A stretch of 11,610 bases of DNA from an uncultured Chloroflexia bacterium (lineage in GTDB: Bacteria > Chloroflexota > Anaerolineae > JAAYZQ01), in assembly GCA_963700285.1 (NCBI GenBank), contig CAVOXA010000017.1, forward strand, positions 1-11,610, in the 5' to 3' direction. The notes under the pieces were generated by a model. The model saw only the letters and a list, made by a program, of their open reading frames with translations. It ran no database searches and was not told the DNA's origin. The translations under genes and the position numbers were made by a program. Position 1 is the first letter of the stretch. The number at the start of each line of letters is the position of its first letter. Shown here piece after piece: positions 5,701 to 11,610 of the stretch.

Positions 5701-7870
5701 TGAACTCCGTTCCCAGAATTGACAAACCCTTGTGGCTGTATCCCGCAGCTCTACGGCGCTCGAATTCGCTGAGATACTTGGCTCCTGCTCTCAACTCAGC
5801 CGCGTCGGCGCCTTCGAGCGGTATCCTGAGCCGTGCATAGGCCTGCACGCCCTTGGTTTCAAACTTACCCACCGGTACATGGACTCGAGAGAGCAGGTCC
5901 TTGGGTGGGATCTTGAACCAGATGTCCACCGCCCATGGGTTGCGCGCGACCTCAAACTCAACGCCGAACTTGTCCGGGTCTTCCTCGGCACGACTCTCTG
6001 GCTGCTGTGTGCCAACTTGAGCGGCGGCATGGGCATCGCTCAGCAGGTCGACCAGCCAGTCCGACATATCCCACACAACTGGGGCATAGGCCTCCATCTG
6101 GGACGCTTCACCACTGGCATTGTAGGCCAGAATACTCAGTGTGTTTAGACCACTCTGTAAGTCGCGGCTCATATCCAGAGAGAATGTGGCCCCCTGAGTA
6201 TCAGCAACCATGCTGTGTTCGGCCCCATTCAGGCTATAGACAACCCGTCCTGGTTGAGTGCCCCTCCAATCTACCGTGACGGCGATCTCGGTTCGGAATA
6301 CCTCACCCATCAGGCTCTGAAGCGTCGGGTCACTGGTGGCTGGATACCAGCCAGAGAGAGGTAGACTCGAAGCGACTCCAGCAATCGAGATGAGTCCTTC
6401 ATTCGCCGGCGGCGGTGACGGCTCGCCGCTCACGGGTGTGAAGGTCACATCGGTCGAGGTGGCAAAGATCTGGCCCGTGGTCAGATCTTCGGCGGTGATA
6501 ACCGCTGTACTCGGCGTCGAGGAGCGAACTGTGGCGAGAAACAGGCCGCTGCTATTAACCACGCCGCTGACAGGGTCAAAAGCGTCGAGGCTGCCGCGGC
6601 TGGAAATGAGGCGCACGCGGTGACCGGCAGGTGCGTTGGAGAGGGTAGTGTTCGAAGAAGAGACTCCATCAGCAGGGACCGAAACGGGTGTGCCAGATAG
6701 TGTGGTTAGTCCGCCACCCAGAAACCAGAAGGGATCCTCATCCTGGCCAGGATCGTACGTCAGACGCGTTGGATTGCTCCCATCAGCGTCCATTCTGAAT
6801 ATGTCCCAGGCACCACCATCGCGCCTCGATTTGAACACAATCTGCCCACCATCCGGGGAAAAGACAGGCGACAGTTCGTCAGTGAAATCAGTCAGCCGTA
6901 CGTCATTTCCTCCATCCAAATCCATCACAAAGATCGCACATGGGCCACCTTCCACCTGGTTGCGAGCAAAAACTATCCTGGCCCCATCCGGTGACCAGGA
7001 TGGACACACGTCTATCAGCGTCCCATTCTCGGTAAGGCGCGTCGGGTTGGTGCCGTCTGCGTCAACAACATGGATCTCCCAGTCACCGTTTGAGGCGTGC
7101 CACTTTCCAGTGACGATTTTCGTGTTGTCTGGTGACCAGCGACTACCACAGAAGCCCCCTTGGTAACCAGATAGTAGTACTCTTGCTCCGGAACCATCGG
7201 CATTCATGATGCAGGTATCCCATCCACACGAATACAGGATCCTGCTATCATCGTGCGACCAGTCTGGGTGGGCGCAATTCCCACCTTCTGGGCAATGCGT
7301 CAACTGCCTGAGGTCACTGCCGTCGGTGTTCATTGTGTATACTTGACCGACTCCTGTCCTATTGGACTGGAACGCGATTCTCCCACCATCGTGCGAGAGC
7401 CTTGGGTGGCGGTTGTAGCTGGGATGATCTGTTAGCCTACGCACATTGGTACCATCGACATTCATCACAAAAAGGTCCAGCGGGTTCCCACCCCGATCGG
7501 AGCTGAACAGAATCTGGTCGCTGCCCGACATGACGGTGTCAAGATCGAATTGTGCAAACTGAGCAGCGACAGGCTCACTACCATAACGACCCTGATCTGT
7601 CACGGCCGGATCGAACCCATCCGGCTTGGTAGAGACCGGCATTGGTGTGGGCGTCGGGACAGGAGTCTCGAGCGGGTATTGGGACAGTGTCTGTTGGCGC
7701 CAGAAGGGTTCGTACAGACTATGCAGAGACAGTGTATGGCGAACCCTGGGTAGCTTGGATGGAGCGTGCTCCATGGAGCGAGGAGCGGTTGCTGAAGCCG
7801 CAGACACTGTCACAAAGACCGTCACCGCCGCAACCAGGATGAGATAGCGCAAGAGGCTTTTCCTAGCCAT
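1559..7870 (-). CDS. Giant secreted/surface multidomain protein, 2103 aa: signal peptide, P/T-rich linker, TolB-like PD40 beta-propeller (~6725-7519), Big_1-like and second Ig-like domains (~6060-6710), unrecognised beta-rich domain (~5150-5975), second beta-propeller (~3770-4960), 3x CARDB (~2780-3770), shared C-terminal cassette (1559-2773) ending IYLPIILR
   Basis: Uninterrupted 6.3-kb ORF. The N-terminus MARKSLLRYLILVAAVTVFVTVSAASA has Sec-type n/h/c regions. Six repeats of the form 'WSPDG.RIVF...IFVM..DG....RLT' are present, as are repeated 'P.L.....G....VW....I....(Y/W)DG..W..P...T' blades. Three '(P)DL.V...V.N.G....DP.....E....N' CARDB patterns follow. Purine-rich SD GGAAAGGG at 7881-7888. 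Confidence 0.92.
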   Translation of the reverse strand: MARKSLLRYLILVAAVTVFVTVSAASATAPRSMEHAPSKLPRVRHTLSLHSLYEPFWRQQTLSQYPLETPVPTPTPMPVSTKPDGFDPAVTDQGRYGSEPVAAQFAQFDLDTVMSGSDQILFSSDRGGNPLDLFVMNVDGTNVRRLTDHPSYNRHPRLSHDGGRIAFQSNRTGVGQVYTMNTDGSDLRQLTHCPEGGNCAHPDWSHDDSRILYSCGWDTCIMNADGSGARVLLSGYQGGFCGSRWSPDNTKIVTGKWHASNGDWEIHVVDADGTNPTRLTENGTLIDVCPSWSPDGARIVFARNQVEGGPCAIFVMDLDGGNDVRLTDFTDELSPVFSPDGGQIVFKSRRDGGAWDIFRMDADGSNPTRLTYDPGQDEDPFWFLGGGLTTLSGTPVSVPADGVSSSNTTLSNAPAGHRVRLISSRGSLDAFDPVSGVVNSSGLFLATVRSSTPSTAVITAEDLTTGQIFATSTDVTFTPVSGEPSPPPANEGLISIAGVASSLPLSGWYPATSDPTLQSLMGEVFRTEIAVTVDWRGTQPGRVVYSLNGAEHSMVADTQGATFSLDMSRDLQSGLNTLSILAYNASGEASQMEAYAPVVWDMSDWLVDLLSDAHAAAQVGTQQPESRAEEDPDKFGVEFEVARNPWAVDIWFKIPPKDLLSRVHVPVGKFETKGVQAYARLRIPLEGADAAELRAGAKYLSEFERRRAAGYSHKGLSILGTEFSGDLYLFGKAQFDMFVLTPEAVGGGAKIEVSKSWERSWLALLYLIGIPDPTPALKAVPVVGEKVANFVSRIAMGWFKIKGRAGADLVYLLHPERRFDTLDLTLGTGSELGLKADIKVAEVRGNYGADLDATLLCLRNALEEGLDANLLCDGLTLKGGGAMEVKALGFKVPVLEFPSLEETWFEPSLALSTVSPSQSAAVGTWRLIEHIESPHYAKFEAAVLRPQAFSPSMPSRLAAPSLALRSTVTSLLVSSVYTYSEPALTVDPSSDEALLVWVHDDVARPVGQSHEIYFSRWDGDAWTVPEGVTDDTFLDGAPQVAYARDGGAVAVWERVNATLPVSATLDVTTTQKLEIVMSVYDPTLGVWSAAVHLTNNTVLDAKPHLVANTNGDLLAVWRRNEAGLLGGTIADTDSILAAFYDGAWSAPEPAGLGIPGVVDLAAGYGDGQALIAYTQEITPSGWLTPSLQLLTSAWDGSVWAPPVQRTDDALGHRNPQVIYSSANEPLLVWLAGDELRLQNLDTAATVVLALPAEVGGVDEFRVVQDGSGNIAAVFTAQAIQRDLYVAFYDQAHNLWGRPVQLTADRASEGYPAPTLDATGRLLMGYAATAISDIQHTTTISGTGEVVTYTLPTEGQTDLITLSHVFTRNLTLADGDLAVSDSHPLPGSSVVLSATVRNTGDLAAGGVAVTFYDGDPTGGGVPIGTSSLAPPLAAGFTRTLTTTYDLPTTGGARLLYAVADPEGAIVEWDENDNTATLAAFGPDLMLAGTAVDYWGGSQVGLISQVRNVGTTETPSTTLEVYWGSLAGTLAVTDTLPPLAAGEAITQTTPWDHGPLAEGEYPLVASVNTGQLDFSEVYTDDNHVDLTVEVLPDLAVSPYYLWAAEMADGRVVITGTVYNVGSVASEPVPVEVWADEPFTDTQRLVALELAGLDPAGSETFTTTWDKPELGSHTIYLGVDPGWTLTETTRANNLASVMVMVPHGQMLATGFNLLSLPLEPQLDVEEALDEITSQGGSAVAAYRWLGDVDAWEGHARGQPFNDFPLTLGQGYFVQCDAASTWSQVGQRPADPVPVDLDPIWTLIGLPVIPGPMTAEDLLQDAAGQGGGCTEVHRWQDGWWDGHAIGTGPGWELRNDEGYFVKCANAITYAPGEGAAQAQAPGWPAPSGPEALALVADPVISDIQVANRRDVAFSVTWETDRPSTGWMEYGETKDLGQATHDDRGEGAISQVHHVTLTGLTPETTVHFRVHSGETVDDNGGAQYQVATNATTRPPVPYLAYGEMELSEGAPAVGSLVRAWIVDEGGNESKPLSTVVDGYGYWSLNLPVQDCEGVQLKLEAIGQRGTAVEQVLPACEVRPAVTIKLPAESPAEDTTSEIYLPIILRQAR

Positions 7871-7923
7871 GATCTGCCTGCCCTTTCCAAAAGAAATCGG
7901 CCGCGCCCTTGCGGGTTTAGGGG

Positions 7924-9147
7924 CTACGGCGAGTTGTGAAACACACCAGGCAAGTACACCCCGCCTCGGTCCTTCTCGGACAACAACACCGTTGGGACCG
8001 GGTGCACGTCACATGCCGGCTGAGCCAATACCGCATCGCTACCCCGCTGGCTGATGGCCTCCAGCTTGAGCTGCAGGCCCTGACAATCCTGCACCGGCAG
8101 GTTCAGGGACCAATGCCCGTAACCGTCGACCAATGCCGAGATTGCCTCGGATTCCTTGCCCGCATCATCCACCAACCACGCCCGAACCAGCGTGCCTACT
8201 GCCGGCGAACCAGCGGCTGTCTCGACCCGGCCGTAAGCCAGGAAGGGTACAGGTGGCAGCGCAGTCTTCTTTGTCACAACCTCGTACAGCGCCCCACCGT
8301 TGTCATCCACACGCTCGCCCGAATGCACGCGGAAGTAGTAGGTCGTCTCGGGAGTAAGGCCAGTGAGAGTAACTTGGTGTACGCTGGAGGCGATTCCCTC
8401 GCCCTGATCATCGTGTACCACCAGACCTGACAGGTTTTGGAAACCTGTTAGGTCTTTTGCATACTCTACCCAGCCTGTGCTGGGCTGGTCGGTCCGCCAG
8501 GTGACGCTGAGGGCCACGTCGCGGCGGTTGGTGACCAGGAGGTCTTCGATGGTTGTGCACGTACCGGAATGCATGATCGGTGGCTGCTTGGGTTTGGCCC
8601 TAGACCGGAGTAGTTCCAGGGAGCTGGTCCTGCCAGGGACATACGTGAAGGAGTCGGTGCAACGCACAGCGTAGCCTTGGTCGCTGCGTATGTCGAACAG
8701 ACCAAACAGCAGATCACGGACATGGCCCTCCCACCGACCGACCTGGGCATCCCAACGGTAGATTTCGGTACAGTCCCCGTCCTGGAGTGTGGCCTCGGTG
8801 AGCAGACGGCCAGCCGTCATGTACCCCGGAAGTTCGGGCACTCCCAGCAGGGTCCAGGTGGGATTCACTGCAACGGGGACCGGCTCAGCACGCGGGACAC
8901 CAGCCCGGCGCCAGGTACTCGCTTTGGCATTTCTGACAAAGTAGGCCTGCCCCAGTTCGAGAGGAAAGTTGCTGAAGGGCTCTCCTTGAACATGGCATTC
9001 CCAGTCACTCGTCGGGCTCAACCAGCGGCACACTTGCAGGCCTTCCCCACCCTGAGACGTGATCTCTGCCAGCGCTACTTGGGCGTCAGGCAACGGCTCC
9101 AAAGGCCAGGTAATCAGGTTCCAATCCGGTACCAGTTCGATGCCGTG
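7924..9147 (-). repeat. Copy 2 of the ~1.2-kb paralogous C-terminal cassette
   Basis: Homology starts at HG..L...(W/F)NL...PLEP in both proteins (9147 and 2773) and continues to the terminal YLP motif. Confidence 0.92.
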
Positions 9148-11442
9148 GGACATCTCGGCAGCAAGCTCGTAGGTGGCGTTGCAGCCAATGGCACTCCCAG
9201 GCGCGCCGCGCACCCGCAGGAAGTAGGTGCCATCCTCCTCTGGGCCCCATGTCAAGAGAGAGGATGCACCCCCGCCACTGTCATCGTCCGAGGCTAACAG
9301 CGTCAGTCCATCCACATCATAAACCTCGAGCAAGGTATCTACCCCTGGAGCCAAGTTGCTGGTCCGAACGGCAAAGTCATCGCCGGCGGAACCCCACAGC
9401 CAGAACCAGTCCTCATCCTGGGCAACATCAAACCTGTGGCTGACCGGAATGCCGTCCGCCTGAAGAAGAGATGCATGGCTGCGCAGGTCGTCGGGTTCGA
9501 CCGTGTCCTCAGGGCAGAGGAGAGGAGCTTGCAGTTCGAAGCTCCCAGTCTGTGTGGTCTGAGCCGCCGCCTGTTGTTCGGCACTGTCCACGATCGTGTC
9601 CAAGGGTTGCCACGTACCGCTCGCCTCGTCCCAATGGTAGATGGTGAGCTCATGGGTATCCAGGTGCACGGTGGCCTCGCTGGTATAAGAGGCAGCAACA
9701 GTGACTGGTAGAGCAAAGTCCGCGTTGGGATGTAGCGCTTCCCTCCTGAGGTGCGAGCCCGCAGTCTCGTCTAGGATCCGCAGTCGCAGGGAGCTTCCCA
9801 CCTGGTGCTGCTGCGCCACCGGCCCAGCAACCGCCGGCCCATCCCACATGTTCAGCGTCACCGTAGAGGCAAGAGCATCTGGGGGGACGGTTAGGTTCCA
9901 AGCCCTCCCAGGTGTGCGGGCAGTGCCGCCCTCAGGCCCCATCGATAGGCGGTAGGCGATGTCATACTTCCACAAGTAGGTGCTGGCGACCTCGGCAGGA
10001 TCCGGCTCTGACCCGCATGCTCCATCGAGGTTCCACCCGAACGGGTCTACCGCCTCCGTGTAGCCCCCAACGTTCTCCTCCCAGCCCGGCTCTTCTCCCA
10101 CGTCATGGTAAACCCCAAAGTGCAAGTGGATTCCGTTGGCATTCCCAGTCTTACCCATCACGCCGATCTTCTCTCTGGTGACCGAGACGCCCTCCCTGAT
10201 TCTTCCCTCGACGGACGCCAAATGGCCATAAAAGGTCGCCCATCCGTTGCCGTGGTCTATGAGGACGGCATTCCCATAGCCCTTCTCAAAGATGTAGCAA
10301 TTGGGCCAAGTGCTACAGACGTACTTGACCTCACCTGGTGCAGCGGCGTAGACGTCATGCGTGTCGCCAGGCCAGAAATCAATCCCGTTGTGGTTATCGT
10401 AGCAAGGTTTTCCATAGCAGTCGATCCCTTTCCCTTCGTTGCGAAAGTCCTCCGGATCGTCGTGAGTTCCGCAGTCAAACAACCTCATGCCAGCGTAGTC
10501 CTCGTTCGTGCTGTAGTTTGGCCTGTAATGGTCAAACCAGGAATCTACTATTCCCCCATCCCAGGTGTCCTTGATCAGCGTCTGAAACGTCTCCTCCGTC
10601 CCGTCATAGTCAATCGGCAGATCGAGGGTCACAGGGCCACCACCAGGGACGGTGACACGAAAGAACTGGAAATCTACAGGAATCTCAGTTGCCTCTACTT
10701 TGTATCCATTGGCAGCCAAGAGGCCGAACTCTGCATTGGTCAACGCAACATCGGAATACAAACCCAGCAAGGTCCAGGTCATTCCGTCCTGGCTGTAGTA
10801 GCCACTGTACGACGTTCCACTCTGCGAGATTCTTAGGTACAGCGTCCCTATGTCGGCCGGGACGGTATGGTGATGACTATGATAGAAATAGCCGTTTCTC
10901 TCAAGCGCAAAGACCACATCCGCTCCTCCCCATAGATTGTCCCAACTCCTGACAAGCTTTAGGTAGTTGTCACTGTCCTGGTAGATCAACAAGCCTCCCT
11001 GGTGGAACTCTTGCGCAACATTTATGCTGACTTTGGTGGTCACATCAAAATCCAGAGCAGGCATCGTTTGCAGTAGCCCATTCCTCAGATCATTATGACC
11101 CCCATACAGGTCACCCCGTTGCGTGATGATTCGCAAGAATCCTGGCCTCTCCGTCAGGCTCCAATGGGTTGGATCTTCACGGATCCAGGACCACTTTGAG
11201 TCAAGAGTCGATGAGTCGAAACCATCATCATGTGGAGACGGCGCAGCCGATGCGAAACCGTGAGTGCCGTCATCAATCTCATTTGCAGCTTGGGGTGAAG
11301 GTAAGGTGACCGCGGTATCAGGTACGCGGGCGGCAGTCACTTGCCTTTGGGCCACCAAAGACAGCATCGTACCCGATCTGGGAGTCATCAACAGCAACAG
11401 GACTACGAGCAAAGTTCCGGAGGGCAACAGCTTGCGATACAT
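7924..11442 (-). CDS. Secreted M23-family zinc metallopeptidase multidomain protein, 1172 aa: signal peptide, GH43-C-terminal/DUF1349-like ConA beta-sandwich (~10650-11230), M23 peptidase (~9960-10630), ZU5-like domain (~9525-9945), PPC domain (~9150-9515), shared C-terminal cassette (7924-9147) ending VYLPGVFH
   Basis: M23 motifs HxxxD (HNGID, 10378-10392), YGHL and HxH (HLH, 10120-10128), with 'GYGNAVLIDH' and 'VDPFGW'. 'DGFDSSTLDSKWSWIRE...PGFLRI...YYSQDG.TW...FQFFRV' fits a ConA-like domain. 'DTVEPDD...DEDWF...DTLLEVYD.DG...LASDDD...GTYFLRV' fits a PPC domain. I prefer the ATG at 11442 over the ORF-track start at 11490 because it follows the purine-rich SD AGAAGGGGAAGG (11446-11457) and begins a signal peptide (MYRKLLPSGTLLVVLLLLM). 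Confidence 0.9.
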   Translation of the reverse strand: MYRKLLPSGTLLVVLLLLMTPRSGTMLSLVAQRQVTAARVPDTAVTLPSPQAANEIDDGTHGFASAAPSPHDDGFDSSTLDSKWSWIREDPTHWSLTERPGFLRIITQRGDLYGGHNDLRNGLLQTMPALDFDVTTKVSINVAQEFHQGGLLIYQDSDNYLKLVRSWDNLWGGADVVFALERNGYFYHSHHHTVPADIGTLYLRISQSGTSYSGYYSQDGMTWTLLGLYSDVALTNAEFGLLAANGYKVEATEIPVDFQFFRVTVPGGGPVTLDLPIDYDGTEETFQTLIKDTWDGGIVDSWFDHYRPNYSTNEDYAGMRLFDCGTHDDPEDFRNEGKGIDCYGKPCYDNHNGIDFWPGDTHDVYAAAPGEVKYVCSTWPNCYIFEKGYGNAVLIDHGNGWATFYGHLASVEGRIREGVSVTREKIGVMGKTGNANGIHLHFGVYHDVGEEPGWEENVGGYTEAVDPFGWNLDGACGSEPDPAEVASTYLWKYDIAYRLSMGPEGGTARTPGRAWNLTVPPDALASTVTLNMWDGPAVAGPVAQQHQVGSSLRLRILDETAGSHLRREALHPNADFALPVTVAASYTSEATVHLDTHELTIYHWDEASGTWQPLDTIVDSAEQQAAAQTTQTGSFELQAPLLCPEDTVEPDDLRSHASLLQADGIPVSHRFDVAQDEDWFWLWGSAGDDFAVRTSNLAPGVDTLLEVYDVDGLTLLASDDDSGGGASSLLTWGPEEDGTYFLRVRGAPGSAIGCNATYELAAEMSHGIELVPDWNLITWPLEPLPDAQVALAEITSQGGEGLQVCRWLSPTSDWECHVQGEPFSNFPLELGQAYFVRNAKASTWRRAGVPRAEPVPVAVNPTWTLLGVPELPGYMTAGRLLTEATLQDGDCTEIYRWDAQVGRWEGHVRDLLFGLFDIRSDQGYAVRCTDSFTYVPGRTSSLELLRSRAKPKQPPIMHSGTCTTIEDLLVTNRRDVALSVTWRTDQPSTGWVEYAKDLTGFQNLSGLVVHDDQGEGIASSVHQVTLTGLTPETTYYFRVHSGERVDDNGGALYEVVTKKTALPPVPFLAYGRVETAAGSPAVGTLVRAWLVDDAGKESEAISALVDGYGHWSLNLPVQDCQGLQLKLEAISQRGSDAVLAQPACDVHPVPTVLLSEKDRGGVYLPGVFHNSP
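8423..8455. repeat. 33-bp nested palindrome (REP-like element) inside the coding sequence
   Basis: AGACCTGACAGGTTT-TGG-AAACCTGTTAGGTCT has 15-bp arms with one mismatch, and the left arm is itself palindromic (ACCTG-A-CAGGT). It translates as DLTGFQNLSGL and is absent from the paralogous cassette. Confidence 0.85.
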
Positions 11443-11610
11443 GATCCTTCCCCTTCTTTCGATGCACGGCAAGATTCCCACGACCGCCAAGTAGCGCCGA
11501 CTGTCCGCATTCCCCCGCCTACACCAGCGTGCGACAAAGGTGGGCTATGTTTTGCCTAGTGGCCACGATCCAGAAAGATTCTGCACTGATGTTGAGCGGC
11601 AATGAACACA

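Noticed and set aside
6725-7519. Calling the giant gene tolB
   Set aside because: Only the PD40 propeller is shared. There is no TolB N-terminal domain or tol-pal context, and the propeller is a small part of a 2103-aa protein.
10650-11230. Calling the second gene a beta-xylosidase (GH43)
   Set aside because: Only the accessory ConA-like sandwich is present, with no five-bladed catalytic GH43 domain.
11443-11490. 16-codon N-terminal extension given by the ORF track for the M23 gene
   Set aside because: It starts at a non-ATG codon, contains the SD of the ATG at 11442, and would displace the signal peptide from the N-terminus.
11571-11583. CAGAA-AGA-TTCTG inverted repeat upstream of the large-gene operon
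   Set aside because: The 5-bp arms are within chance expectation, and I could not identify an associated promoter or riboswitch before the window ends.

Overview
The window holds three parts. (i) A near-consensus sigma70-type promoter (84-112) and a ~240-nt structured leader precede a complete MNT/HEPN (MntA/HepT-type, DUF86) toxin-antitoxin pair on the + strand (357-987). (ii) A probable pseudogene fragment resembles the C-terminus of a C45/AAT-family Ntn-hydrolase (1031-1339). (iii) Two large, convergently oriented, likely co-transcribed secreted multidomain genes lie on the - strand. The 1172-aa protein (7924-11442) has a signal peptide, a ConA-like beta-sandwich, an M23 zinc peptidase, and ZU5-like and PPC domains. 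The 2103-aa protein (1559-7870) has a signal peptide, a TolB-like propeller, Ig-like domains, an unrecognised beta-rich domain, a second propeller and three CARDB domains. These two proteins have unrelated N-terminal payloads but share a homologous ~405-aa C-terminal cassette: two 'GWNL..P/G.GY.V' repeats, an FN3-like domain, a small beta-sandwich and a terminal (I/V)YLP motif. This suggests a modular surface-display or secretion system, probably in a Chloroflexota genome (inference). One cassette copy carries an in-frame 33-bp nested REP-like palindrome that is translated as part of the protein. Domain calls come from motif recognition by eye, not database searches.
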